Shown: positions 24,201-37,400 of the stretch, in pieces
How positions within the stretch are numbered: position 1 is the first letter of the stretch
Layout of the letters: every line of letters begins with the position of its first letter
Assembly: GCA_002633005.1 (NCBI GenBank)
Contig: NMRA01000007.1
Location: 2,129,977-2,193,976 of the forward strand
Direction: 5' to 3'
Source: Phoronis australis
Taxonomy: Eukaryota > Animalia > Phoronida
Length of the DNA: 64,000 nt
Notes under the pieces: generated by a model
What the model was told of the DNA's origin: nothing
The model's database searches: none
The model's input: the letters and a program-made list of their open reading frames with translations, nothing else
Made by a program: the position numbers and the translations under genes

Positions 24201-27200
24201 CGCACAAATAACCAAACGATTGTTCGTGCGTGTGAGTCGATCGTGTGCATGATTCTTGTGGTCTGCGCACATGATTGTGGTTCGTATGCATGCTTTTTGG
24301 GTTCGCATGCATTATTCATGGGTTCGTATGGAGGATTCATGTGTTCGTAGGTGGTTCGTGCGCAAAATGCGATGCTCGTGCGTAGTATGATTCTATGGTA
24401 CCCCTGTATTAGTTTTGGGGGCAAAATCAAATTTTGAATACTTTTGTCTGCTTCATTTGCGTTGTTTTTGCTTGGGGCAAGTACGGCAAACCGTCCGTTT
24501 TACTGCAGTTTAATATTACATAATTCATTTTTAGTAGATGAATGCGTGTTTGTGATCCACAAGATAAGTTAAGAGCTTCTGATTTACCAACAAGGGGGAA
24601 ATATCAGAACTACGTAGCTACAGTATTTTTTGTGTTACAGGTGTAGTTCAAATGAAGAAAATGTGCTCTATTGTCTTTTGTTCACCCAATAGCATAAATG
24701 AGTCTCTTCTGTTGCAGAGATACCTGGGTTTGGTAAATTGAAATTCTCCAAGCTTTCTCTGTCAAACAATGACATCACAAACCTTGCTTGCCAATCTCTC
24801 ATATCAGCTGGCGTTGAAGATCTAGATCTGTCGATGAATCCAAGCCTTGAAGTCGATGGCACCTTATTTAAAGGTATATTTACTATTTTTACTGTACATT
24901 TTGTCGGCGGTTGTCTTTTAGAAATTAAAGAAAAACATGTGGAAAGGTCGGCTTCAACCTGATAAACGTTGACATTTCACCAGTTAGGAACAATGCTGAA
25001 TTTGAACTCGTCTGTTAAAGTTAATATTATGTTACCTTGAGTTTTTGTGGCTATTTCGCGTTTTCTATTCCACAGGTTACACGATAATCAAAAAATTAAC
25101 GCTGAACAATATGGGGTTGACAAGAATACCAAGAGAAGCTATAGCCAAATTGAAGAACTTAACAGAATTACACATGAAGAACAACTTGATAAAGAAAGTG
25201 CAACAAACTGACTTAAAAGGGCTGGATAGCCTGACTCTGTTGGACCTGGAGAACAATTCTATAAGTCAAATACAGCAAGAAGCTTTTAAGCCCATGGCGA
25301 TACCCAGATTTGTGAATCTAAACAGCAACAGTCTCAACGACCTGTCTTTTCATCGTCCTTGTACAACAAAGCTACAATTGTCAGTGCTGAAGTAAGTTGG
25401 GTTGCATTTAGAAGCGGAGAAACTTTTTGATGATTAGCAGTTTTTAATAGTTCGTTAGACTGACTTTTCAGTTTGTTTTACTGTCAGTTGTTTTAACACC
25501 CAATAATTGAGGAGATGTCCTTTAAGAAAAACATATTCCTACTCAAGGGATAAAAAAGATACAAGCCCGCCTTTCATCACAAAATCAAGTTTTAATTCAG
25601 ACTACTTACTGTTTTGAAATTGGTCTCAAATTATTCTTTGGTCAAATTACAGTAAAGGGCTTCAAAATAGTTGACAGTTCGTTATGTGACCAGACTCTAC
25701 AAGCTTGTTGGTTGTCATGGCACGTTACTTTAAGCGCCGAGCATAGTCTCGAGGAATTACGAACTGTCAAACGCAGAAATCACATCTCTCATTGAGGACC
25801 AAGTTGAGACCAACTTCATAATAAGTGGTATAAATCAAAGGTTGTTCAGAGATGCTTAAATCTATAAACCAGTTTACTCAACCATACAAAAATGCTGCAA
25901 GTATTTTCATCTACGACAGAAACTGATTTCTATCCTAAAAGAGACCAGTCAGACTATCGGAAAATAAAAAAGAGTGTAAAATTCATATAATAATTTTGAC
26001 AAGGTTATCCAAAACCAATTTTGTTGGCTTCATGACAATCGTAAGCTGAGGGCTCTCTCATATCCCTTTCATCGTAGAAACAAATTGCTATCTTGGAAGA
26101 TGGTACTTTGTGAGCAACTCGTTGACATTCTGTCTATTTCATTATTTCTAAGTTCGAGTCGTATTAGAAGGAAGGTATACCGTAACGCGTACATCAATTA
26201 CGCTTCACGTAGAGATCTGCAATTGTCAATGTAAGCCAAAATTGTCTGTAATCTATAAAATTTAAAGCCCCGGTTCACTCAAAAAGTTACTTAGATTTTG
26301 TTCGCTAGTATGAGACTTGAAATCAAGTGCTATTATCCGCATGAGGAATTATAAGACGTACTGATTCTATTCTCAAACACTAAAAAGGGTTCTATAGTGA
26401 TGAAACAGTGGCTACGTACGTTTGAAGAAAGATCGTACCTCCAAATGATAGAGAGTTTTTAAGGTTCTATAAGATCTTAAGAAAAACGCCCAAATTTGGA
26501 TAACTTGGAAACATCATATCTCAGGAATGGTATATCGGTTGCATATGAAACTTTCAGATACCATTAATGTAATCTCCAAAACGGTGTTAGGAATTGTTTT
26601 TCAAAATTTTCCACTTTTGCACGAGGGGATATCAAAAATAGATAAGTCAGAAAACTGTAACAGCGTTTTGAGATCTTGTCTTGAACATTTAATATCAAGC
26701 GAAATTTACAATGTTCTTGACACCGTTGCTTTCCTGTGAATGTACCTTTCTTTTTTGATAAATGTTATGATCAAATGGTCATGTGACACCATTAATGGCA
26801 GTTCATTGGCCTAAATACACAGACTTGTCGATAAGGCCCTACTTTAAATTACTGTATTTTAGCAATCCTCTACGATGTGATTGTGATCTTTACAAGGTGA
26901 GCAGTACGTACCCTTTCATCATAAAGGGGACGTGTACTTCAACAGGGGGAGACACTTACACACTACAGGTGGTCGAATCAAAACAGCTCTCCTACAGCAC
27001 ATCACTGATGAAACTGGGGAGGGAGATGTGCAAACCAACGTAAGTTAACAGGAAATTGGAGATTTTTATTGTAAGCAAAGCCGTGCTTGTCGAGCAAATT
27101 GGGCTTGCTAATAATTTTTAAATGGTTGAAAAAATGTTCTATTTCATATGAATTATGAAATTGATTCTCTATTGTCAAGGCAAGGAATTTTTTGTGTAAT

Positions 27201-29224
27201 AAGATAGGCTTGACATACTTCTCATTTCACGCGCGGTAAGTGGGACGAAAGTACAGCTTCAAACCTTTGACACAAAAAACAAAAAATCCCATGTTAGGTA
27301 ATCCTCGACAAGGAACAAAATGAAAAGCTTGGCAACTCCTTACAGCTAGCGTGGCTAACGCTTTGGGAAAGTCGCTAAAGCTTTATTTTGTCCTGTTTAT
27401 CTGGCTAAAAACTAAAACAGAATCGGGCCCTTTACCCTCATAAAATCGGTCTCATAATATTTCTTCCCGTGAAAGAATTCTATTTCCGTTATCAGCAAGA
27501 ATATCACACCATCAGCAACTCAAGAAAACGGATCAGATTTTATTGGGTTTGGGTAATCCTAAAATTTCAAATTCGATATGGTACACATACTCATTGTCTG
27601 TGACTAGCAGTGGTAACAGAAATGTAACCCTCTCACAGTAAGGGGTGTCACGAGACCTACACTATGAGTGTAAAAGACCAGTGATTAAAATTTCGCTTTT
27701 AACCAGCTGAAACAGGGCAAAATGCAATGGCTGTGGATAAAACCGCCAAAATCTAACTACAGAAAATCACAAAGTACACTTTAAATTTTGAAGGAAAACA
27801 CAACAGCAGTGTCAAATATCGTCTTAATGTAAAAGGACGAAAGATAACAATCCACTTTAGAACGGTTGCTTTGAAAATGGTGTCAGATCACTGCTCCAAA
27901 AAGTTTCAATGGAAAGCTACTCCAGTAAGTTGAACTAAAGCGTTTTTATGCGCTCACATATTTATATGTGGACGCATTATGCCGTCACCTCCGCCCGTCT
28001 GTCCGACCGGGCGGCGTCCGCTGCTCTATCTCCAAAACCCTTAGACATACGTTCATGAAATTTGACACATATGTTCCATTTATGAATGGGACGGCATGAA
28101 CGAACTTTCGGAGGGATCCGACTACCGGTGTGTCCCCTAGTGGCAATTTTAGTTTTTTACGCTTACCTTTGTATCTTCAAGTCCTGAACGGATTTTCATG
28201 AAATTTAGTATGTACGCACCTATTAGTGAGATGACGCCATCGTCCCGTTTTCGGATGGATTCGACGTAGTTTACGCCACCTGGTGGCCATTTTTACTGTT
28301 TTCGAGTCTGTTTTTTGGCGTCCGCCGTTCTATCAACTAAACCGCTCGAAGGATGGTTGTGAAAATTGGCACGTATGTGCTTACTATAAAGAGGACGGTT
28401 GGCGATGATTTTCCGACGATTTCGACAACTGTGGCGCTTCCTAGAGGCAGTTTTTTTTTGCGTCTATGGTTGTATCTCCTAAACTGTTCGCAGGATCTTT
28501 ACTTAATTTAGGAAGTGTATTTATATGGTGTTGACTACGGATGACGACGACTTTCGGAGAAATCTGACTACTGCTGTGACCCCTAGTGACAATTTTAGTT
28601 TTTTACGTTTAACTCAGTATCTTCAAAGGCAGATTCAACGGACACTGTGCCCACTAGTGGCAATTTCATTTTATTCTGTTTTCTTTTGTTTCTCTGAAGT
28701 TCCTTGACATATTTTTATGAAATCTGTCATGTTCCTGTTTTTGGATGGATTGTATGTTTTTGCGCCATTTAGTGGCTATTTTTATGATACAAATAAATAA
28801 CCCTAAAAGCACACCATTTGCAATGCATTCGTGGGCGCATTTCACCGCTCCGCGTTGCTCTTGTCTTGTATCACGAACACATGCAATTTCAGGCATTCGT
28901 TCACACGGAATATGACATCGTTAAGCATTCATTTCGGCGGTAATCATTATCATTATCATTATCACTATGGTACTGGTATAATGATGATGTTACATACAAT
29001 AAGACAGAAAATACTGTTACTGTTTTCCGATCCATTTCAGGAATGCCATTGATACTGGGTATAATTGTGCGTGTCAAAGATGGACGCCTCTTATGACTAT
29101 TGAAGACGAGTACAACGATTGTCTGGCTAAAATAAAAGACCCCAAGAGCAGAGGACACGACACGCCGACATCATTCCTTACGATATTTATTGCCATAACG
29201 AGTATATATCTTATCATTCACTGA
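18134..29224 (+). CDS. Secreted, probably GPI-anchored leucine-rich-repeat protein; 6 coding exons, 370 aa (whole-gene span)
   Basis: Exons 18134-18258, 22926-23080, 24718-24873, 25076-25391, 26863-27039, 29041-29224 total 1113 nt; all GT-AG with matching phases (2,1,1,2,2). Confidence 0.85.
21299..21551. mobile_element. MITE, CATG...CATG termini, 5-bp TSD tgaac
   Basis: TIR catgcgcgcaccca/tgggtgcgcacatg; tgaac at 21294-21298 and 21552-21556. Confidence 0.8.
21915..22132. mobile_element. Second MITE of the same family (opposite orientation), 5-bp TSD gtcag
   Basis: gtcag|catgcg...ggctgggtgcatgcatg|gtcag; interior resembles the reverse complement of the 21299 copy. Confidence 0.75.
22926..23080 (+). 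CDS. LRR gene exon 2: end of LRRNT + first LRR
   Basis: ttgcag|C; KIPQLKKLNIDCSGRNLTKIP...MDFKDNNIRNIPE; G|gtagga. Confidence 0.9.
24047..24406. mobile_element. ~360-bp palindromic MITE (CAGGGG end, Tc1/mariner-like)
   Basis: cagggctaccatagaatcatact... versus ...agtatgattctatggtacccctg|ta; long internal inverted symmetry. Confidence 0.85.
24718..24873 (+). CDS. LRR gene exon 3
   Basis: gttgcag|AG; KLSLSNNDITNL...EDLDLSMNPSL; G|gtatat. Confidence 0.9.
25076..25391 (+). CDS. LRR gene exon 4
   Basis: ccacag|GT; LxxLxLxxN repeats (LTELHMKNNLIKKV, LTLLDLENNSISQI); AA|gtaagt. Confidence 0.92.
26863..27039 (+). CDS. LRR gene exon 5: LRRCT
   Basis: ttttag|C; NPLRCDCDL...GTC...EMCKP; AC|gtaagt. 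Confidence 0.88.
27947..28864 (+). mobile_element. Helentron-associated (HINE/DINE-1-like) element, family A
   Basis: T-run at 5' end; subTIR atgcgctcac with local inverted repeat gtggacgcat; GTCY-like tract; 3' subTIR gtgggcgcat (28831), then a stem and ctcttgt. Confidence 0.75.
29041..29224 (+). CDS. LRR gene last exon: Cys-containing stalk + hydrophobic C-terminus
   Basis: tttcag|G; NAIDTGYNCACQRW...CLAKIKDPKSRGHDTPTSFLTIFIAITSIYLIIH*. Confidence 0.8.
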
Positions 29225-31872
29225 GAAGTTTTTTTAAAAGAAACTTCTCACTGAATGAATATATGTTAATTAAAAATTACAGTTGTTAGTAAGATATTTC
29301 TAGTTTACAAAGTTTTTATTGAGTAAACATTCTTTTTGATGTATGTTTCATTCAGCCCGATCAGTTGTACATTTTGTAGTTGGGATATTATGTGTCTAGG
29401 TCAGCTCGACTGTCACGGTTACTATAGCTACCCAAGATGAGCTACGGCAGGAGATCCGAGGGACAAGATTTTTTCTTAAATGATTGTTAGTAAATCTTAA
29501 CTTATCAATCAAAAACACTGTTACGGAGGCCAAAAGCAAGGATACCACACAAGCATACATACGAACCTAACACAATACTCCAAATTAAACCCCTGTATTA
29601 TCCGTTTGAACACGTGAATGATACGTTCATACCGCGACATCACATATTGTGAACACAAAATCATATACACCCACCAAGTTGGGTTATAGTACACACGAAC
29701 TCACTTTCTGCTATAGACATACATATCCTTAATGTTTATCTATGGTTTTTAACATGTGGTAATGACTCAGTCATGAAAATCGTACTATGTCTTTCTTTTT
29801 GTTCGGACGACCGACAGTGCGGTTCACACGCATGGTTTTGTTAGTACGTATGACTCCGGCAATGGTTCGCGCGAATGATTTCAATGATTTTCATGGTGTG
29901 TAAATCAAAGCTTGTGCAGATGATTGTATAAGTATTCTGGATTGAACGAATATGAAACAAGTTTAGGCAGACAAACGCACCAGAAATACCAACCGTGGAC
30001 TTCATCGTGGCAAAATAGTCATACCGGTGATCCAAACACATAGACTGAACTCACGTGGCCTCGTCACTAACGATGATTAAAAATCAGTACAATGGTAAAG
30101 TTTCTTTGGTATTCGATATTACGTTGACGACTTTTTACGAAAGCGGACTGGTTCAGAAACCGCGTGGGCCGCGGCGGCTGCACACTCTTTTCTAGGGTCA
30201 TGAATGGTGTCGTCACCTCTTGGTTAGCTGTTATCTGAGCACTGTATTTCTGAACTCTTGGACTGCTATCCTATGTAAGAGCTTGATGTTGCACAAGCTC
30301 ACCATACAGTGTTTGTTACTGTTCTAATTTGACGTTTTTAACCGAATACATATTATGTAAATTAAATTTGAATTGTCGCATACATATCGTATTATATGGC
30401 TTACTTTTAATGTTGGATACCATACAAGGTGTATTAGAAAACGGACAATCCCCGCACAAATAAAAAAATTCATGTTAACTCAACGTTTCGTCTACTCATA
30501 TGACATCATCAGGATATGTACAGTAAGGCAAGTGTCAATTACCGTTCAAGTCACATCCATGGGGTGAAATGAGAGTGAGAGATACAGGGAATAGTAAGTA
30601 GGTCATCACTATAGTTGTAGGGTCACTGAGCTCTGCATGTGAGAGAATCAGTAGCATGCTGGTACTTTGACAGATGTTGCTAAATTGAGTTCGCGTATAA
30701 ATACCACAAATATAGCGTTCGGACACAGCCTATATCCCTTAGGCTATGGAAACATATAACATCAAACAAGCAAACACACTTATAATCCAACAAATTCTTC
30801 CTCAGTGAACCCATTTTTTCAAAGCACTTAGTTACACTCCTCTTGCGCCATGCCTTGAAACTTTGCTATTCCAAATAGTTACAAAAAAACTGGCTACCAG
30901 ATATCAGGTTTTTGAAGCGATGCATACCAGGAGTGTATTACTGAATAGCCGACTATCCGGGGTGTATGAAAGACTGGTTGGCGTTTTTAAGAATACAAAT
31001 CACTGTTCTTCACAAGTCTACGCAGACTCTCGTAGGTAAAAACAAAAATGGCCGCGAGTCGGGTCACTAGGAAAACGGAAAGATATAATTCGCCACGATA
31101 AATCATAAGTGGATATATGTGTGACGAATTGCTCATTTCTCATCTCCTGCAAGTTTATTGATCCATCGATATTTGCATTAAACAACTTAAAATGCTGATT
31201 AAGAATCCATACTTTTTGTAGTCACAAATTTCCCTTATAATATTTACGAAACATATTTATGGTCAATCCTGTCGAATCCGTATACCACAGACTACGAATA
31301 ACGCTCTGCAACCCTCGACAACACTCAGTTTGATAACTTATTTCAATGTCTGCTAAAAGGGGCAAGCATAACCTACGCTTTTAGCACCCACCAAGGACCA
31401 CAGTGTCCAGTTTGCGAGATAGGGGTTAGAAAGTATAGTTGATACCTGCTTTTATCTCGGGCCAATGATGCATCAACAGGTGACAACGAGCTGGATTGGT
31501 TACAATCATCAAAACAGGGTTTAGCATCCTTTTAAGCCCGGCTCATCGCCTGTGCAAAATGAGTCAAAACACAATCTTCTTCTGTTGGTGCCAAAGAGTG
31601 GGTTGCAATATGCTGTAGTTCTGGGGCTTTGGAGTAAAAATGCACTCTTCTATGGAAATGAGTACATGACAAAATGCAAAGAGAATTTCCACGACTGGGA
31701 TCCTCGCTACTGGATCTCGTGTATTCATTTACACAATTCAAATAGTTGATTCTGCTTAGTAAACTTATTACACCACAGATATTTAAATTGATACATAAAG
31801 CCCATGTCACACTCGAAAACTATTTCACAACCTGGAACTTCTTTTAAAATATTAATTGCCAGTTTTCATATA

Positions 31873-32031
31873 CCGTAATCGTTCGTGTTAACGCCCTGGG
31901 CGGTTAAATTGGCGAACCCAAAAAATCGGGGGAGGGCGGTTAACCGAGCAGTGGGCGGTTAAATCGGAAATCCACTTAAAGTCGGGGATGGGCGGTTAAC
32001 TGAACATGGGCGTTAACCCGAACGATTACGG
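31873..32031. mobile_element. Tc1/pogo-like MITE, TA TSD
   Basis: ta|ccgtaatcgttcgtgttaacgccc ... gggcgttaacccgaacgattacgg|ta. Confidence 0.9.
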
Positions 32032-33429
32032 TAAAAGTAAGCTTCTGATGAATAGTTCACAAAAGGAAAAGTCACAATTGAATATTCATATCTCAACAAG
32101 ATGGCCGAAATGCAACTGAAGCAGCATGCTTTCATGCTCATTTTAATAAAGAAGAGACGGTGAAACCATTGTTATAATAGTTGAGACTAATCATACCCTC
32201 TTTAATATAAGCGGGCAGGGTCATAAGGCTGTTAACGTCCTCATTGACTACCCTTTACCTGGTTTTTCATCCCTTCATTATGAGAGGCCGGTATCAGAGC
32301 AGGTGGCCCATATTGTGGAACCAACTGTCTGTGTCACCCAGTGATGGAATTAACTGTCACTCTTGCAAATATTATGAGACCTTTATTTCACCACAGAGAT
32401 ATAAACGCCACAAAAACTCAACAAAAACTCTTAACAAAAAATTAAATACACTATCTGTACAAAAAATTACACCTATAAAACTCACAAAAATTCATGAATA
32501 AAAACAAAAATAAAATGAAATCAACCAAATACAAAAACATTACTCCACAATACATCATTGACAAGATTATTCCATAATTCAATAAATAAATTATACATGA
32601 ACAATTCCATAAGTACCCTAAAGCTTAACTTCCCAGTTCAAAAGTAGTCTGTAAGGATTGTCAGTCTCCTCGTGACTTGAAACCCTGCTCTTGATTAGCG
32701 AAGAAAAATGCATATCATTGATTTAGCAAATCAAACAACACATGATGCATACTGAGTACTAGATCAGTTTGTCAAATGTTTTTGACACTGTAGTTATAAT
32801 AGAAAAAATGCCAATAGAATGACACAAACATCATCAGTTTGCTATAAAACAGCAATGAACAAATATTGTGATTAATGTCTGGCCAATACAAAGCATTGTT
32901 AGTTAATACTAGAAACTATGGGTGGCACTGCGTTATCTCCAAACCACTTTATTACCAGACTTTCAGTCATATTCAATGATGATGAGAATAGTTATGACCT
33001 GGTTGGTTCACAAACTAAAACAAGAGTAATGCAAAGCCTTGAAATGCGTCCACGGCTGCACTGCAAAAAGTACGCCTCTAGGTTCATTAGTTCATGTAAT
33101 TTAATAACAATTTGACCACTGTATGAAATTTGACTGGTACTGGTGCATCCTCTGCGACACCCCTCTGCCAAGGTCCATCAAAGTATCTGTCGAGCCATTT
33201 GCCAATTAACAACAGCCAAGCAAAATCTTGTCAAAAACTAAGATAATCGAATAATCAGAGAACAACAGTTTACAATGAGTATGTCGAACAGACAAGGTAC
33301 TGAATATATACAACCAAAATATTTTGTGGGGACAAAAATGGTCAACACACATCTCAAGTACTTTTCTGTACTAGTCTTACTAAGCTTCATGTAATGAGAA
33401 GGCAAACTTAATGCCAATGATACTGAAAA

Positions 33430-34390
33430 TCCTGCTCAAGCTCTAGATCCTTAGTTCAAGAACACGATACATTCTTAGATCACATGTTCGAGAAATCCTG
33501 CTCATGCTCTAGATCCCTAGTTCAAAAAAACATGCTCCAGTCCAAGATAACTTGGTCAAGAAAACATGCCCCAGCCCTAGATCACGTCATTACGTTCCTT
33601 GTCCTGGAGTGTAAAACCAAGAAATTTTCACTATCACGATCCAATCTAGAATTACGCTCGATAAATTCGTCAAGCACACATTCTGTGTCGGTACACAGTA
33701 CTGTGGTTAAGCTGGTCAGAGCTTACAGTCGCACAAAGGAACCAACAGGTGAAAGTTAAGTCTAATTTCTCTGAAAGTCGACTGTTTTCCTGCATTCGCA
33801 GTTTTTTGGGGAAAGTATTTCATACAAAACACATTTGCTTCGCAAAATTTGTTGAAAATCGTTTGAAATTAAATATTTTTAAATAAAATCGATTAGCGTC
33901 AGGCGCACTGTTTACAACATCATTACTGGGTTACGTGAGCATCAGATAAAAGCAGACAATAAGAGAGCTGAACTATGTAAACATTGGTTTGCCACTGTCA
34001 ACCTGACAATGACAAGGCTGTATCCAGACTGGCCGACCAAGCAGTCGGGATACTCAATCCACAGCGTGGGTGCGTAACGTGTTCAAGAAAACATTCTCCA
34101 GTCCCATATCACTTGCTCAACAACTCATTCTCCAGCATTTGATCACTTGTTCAAGAAATCATTCTCCAGTCCTGGATCACATGTTCAAGAAGACACACTC
34201 GGAGCTTCCAGTCCTAGACCACTTCTTCAAAAACACATAGATCACTTATTCAAGAACACATGCTCCAGTCCAAGATCACTTGTTCAAGAACACACTCTCC
34301 ACTCCTAGATCACTTGTTCAAGAACACATTCTCCTCTCCTAGATCACTTGTTCAAGAACACATGCTCCAGCACCAGATCGTTTGTTCAAA
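33430..34390. repeat. 34-bp minisatellite (agatcacttgttcaagaacacattctccagtcct) in the probable ULK4 3' UTR, split by a ~490-bp insert
   Basis: Copies at ~33430-33587 and 34081-34390; the unit reads through if 33588-34080 is removed. Confidence 0.85.
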
Positions 34391-34416
34391 AAGGGAAGTA
34401 CACAGGCTCTTTTTCG

Positions 34417-34486
34417 TTACAAGGGTAGTCCACTCATTTTCAGTATCTCCAATGCAAGTGACGCCAGGGCAACATCAGCGTGGGAA
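34417..34486 (-). CDS. ULK4: ULK4 last coding exon (SHADVALASLALEILKMSGLPL*)
   Basis: tttcag|T; TAA stop; resembles the human C-terminus ADSAVAPLALEIL. Confidence 0.92.
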
Positions 34487-37400
34487 CTGAAAGTAATAAT
34501 TAAGAATAATAACTATAATCTTATTTTACTATTACCTCAGTAACCCATCACTACAATTACTCCCATTCATATGGCAAATTTTCGAGGATTTATTAATACT
34601 TGATGAAAATATGATGCATCCATGAGTTGTACTAGATCCACATGACGTTGTAAGAGCCGTTGTCACAGTTATTTCTCAAGTTTTTGCTGCCACAGTACAA
34701 TAAAAATGGTCAACTGATGGCTAGTATGGTAAATTGTGGCAACACTAAGTGTAGAAATACCGTATACCCAGCAGCTGGCAAGAACTGCAATTTGGTGGTG
34801 CTTACGGTACAATGTCCAAAACAACCTGCGATTACTATGCTTATGCTTAAGAGACAAGTTAGAAATTCTTTCCACCAGCACAAACCTGGCTGTTTGTGAC
34901 AGTTTCTTCAGTGTGTCAGCTAGCTTCGTGCCATTTGCTGCCATGTTGGCAACTCCTTCTGCATCAGAACTGACCTGAAACATTACAACAGAACGTTTCT
35001 GCTATTGATCCTGCTACACTTAAGATCTATATGCCAGACATTTGCTATGTTATTAGTCGGTAAACCAACCTTTAAACAGGGTTGGAAGGCCGTACACTGA
35101 AAGTGTAGAACTAAGTCATACATATCACACTCAAATTGCACATCAACCTGCACACGTAAAAATTTTGTTTGCAGGAACATCTTTATCTGAAGAAATAATA
35201 CGGCGAGCCTAACTGCACGGAAAGCAAGCCCTTCGAAAGAAATTAATTCACTCAAAGATTCAACTTTTCACTATTCACTTGTCACTCCACCATTTGCACA
35301 TTTTTTGAACTCGTGAACCGAAGCATACGGTTGGGTGACTGGCTGGCATTTTGGTAACTAAATGATGTCATTAGGTCAAAAACAGAAATTACAAGATGGC
35401 AGACGATATGATTCATTGTTGTTAAAGAAATGTATATAACCGGTAAAATTGTTTGGGGTTCCCTAACTATGTCAAGGGAATTTGATTTGGTTAGTACCAA
35501 CATACAGAATAAGTATTTTCCTCCCATTCTTTTGGTCTGTGTCCATTTCACAAATCTGTGAAAAGCACTCCGATGGCCTTTCAGCTAAGTTTAAGAGCTG
35601 AGTATTGGCTGCAGTTACTATGTTATGAGTTTTAAACTTTGACAAGGCACCCACATGCGCATATGCATCAGTAAGGCACAATACTGATACGAGACCAAAT
35701 TGTGATCATGTCAAAATCTAATGCCAGCGAAGTCACACCTGCGTCAAAAAAGAAAAGGTAAACCCTCACCAGTCTTTTAATTATTCGCAACAGTATCTTC
35801 TGCTTTTTGCTGTCAGCCTTCCTCAGAGCTTTTTCGTAACAATCCTGTTCAACACAAACGCAATACGTCCAAATACGTCTAAATTCCATACCTCTAAGAA
35901 ATACCTTTTAGCAACAATACCACCTTATACAACAACAGCAGCAGTAGCAGTGACAGCAGCCATAACTGGAGCTAGCAGTAGCTGCAATAGCCAGACACTG
36001 CTGCAGCAAAAGGGTTACAGCAATAACACCTTGTCAACTAATTTGATGTAAATAATGAGGAATACAAATTTTTCAGTAATAACTACCATAAAACCTATTG
36101 AATTTAAAAAAAAAGAAAGAGAATGTTAAACAATGAGAGTTCTTACAACATGCAAGAGTCATAATTCTTAGTGTTACAAATGTTGGAGATTTTCCAAAGC
36201 TCTTACCAGATTTTCTTTGGATAAACAATCTGAGTGTTCAGCCCCATACAACTGAATGAGCAGAGACAGAGACTTGCATGCCAAGTCACTTATATCAGAG
36301 TCTTCGTGGCACAACTGAAAATGAAAAATCACCACTTGAACAGCGGGCAATAATTACTGCAGGAAACAACGAATGAGTAACTTCACAATGAAAAAGCATT
36401 TAGATCACCGTAGGGTGAAACACCAAAATGGATTCCTAAACAAAAATAACAGTGGAAAGCAGTTTGTTCAGTGAGGTTGACGAAGGCGAGCGGACATCTG
36501 CAGGAATTTGCAGGCATGTGAGTACCTTTTACCAGCCGCCATCAGGCTCCACTCCAAAGTCATTGTTAGCTTGTGAGACCAGGCCTGGGGTGGATTCCAT
36601 AGAACATGTGTCTCGCAAAAAAGGCGAGATCACGCGAGTCAAAGGCGAGAGTTTCGTGAGTAAGCTTGTACCTTACTCGCATATGCTAGCAAAATGGCTG
36701 GTTGTCAATGACAAAATGTTAAATTCTGGGGAAAAAATCAAGGTTTCGTTCCATAAGCGATGATTTCTTGCCACAAATACCTTGCGAGTGTTTCGTGAAT
36801 ACAGAACGCACCCATGATAACACTATTCAATGCTATTCAAGAACCAAACCACAATAACCCAGTTGATGCAGCGAGCTCTAACAGGTTAGGTTATGAACTG
36901 ATGACTACAGGTTTATCAATGGGACATTCATGGCTCACTTTACTGAAGGGGGGGGGCAGTAGTGGTGTTGTCATATCTCACACCTACCAGCTGTGTAAGA
37001 CTGCTAGTGACATCTGTAAAGGGCTTGTTAGAGAGGAGAACCTTCTCTGCCTGCTCTGCCTCGCTGGTGCCATCACCTTTGCCTGACTTTTTGGCCTGAA
37101 ATCACGTAACGTTGTAAACACTTCAAGTGTATATAAATCCACATTGCGCATGTAAGCCAGAAAAGAGCTAAGGACAATTATTAGGTGAAGTTAATGATAA
37201 TTTCTGTTCAACACATCATAACAGTTGATGCTGCACCTTAAAGACCCGGTAAAAGCTATGTGCTTGGCTCTGTAAGCAGTGAACAATTGTTCTCGTGAGC
37301 CAAAAGATGGCACTGGTGTACAGAGACAGGAAATTGAGTTACTCTTTAATCATTGTTGACTGCAAGCAACACTGAGTCAAACTCTGAACAACAGAAACAC

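Noticed and set aside
29300-32300. Additional gene between the LRR gene and ULK4 3' ends
   Set aside because: Only isolated splice-like sites and short ORFs without recognisable motifs; no coherent model could be built.
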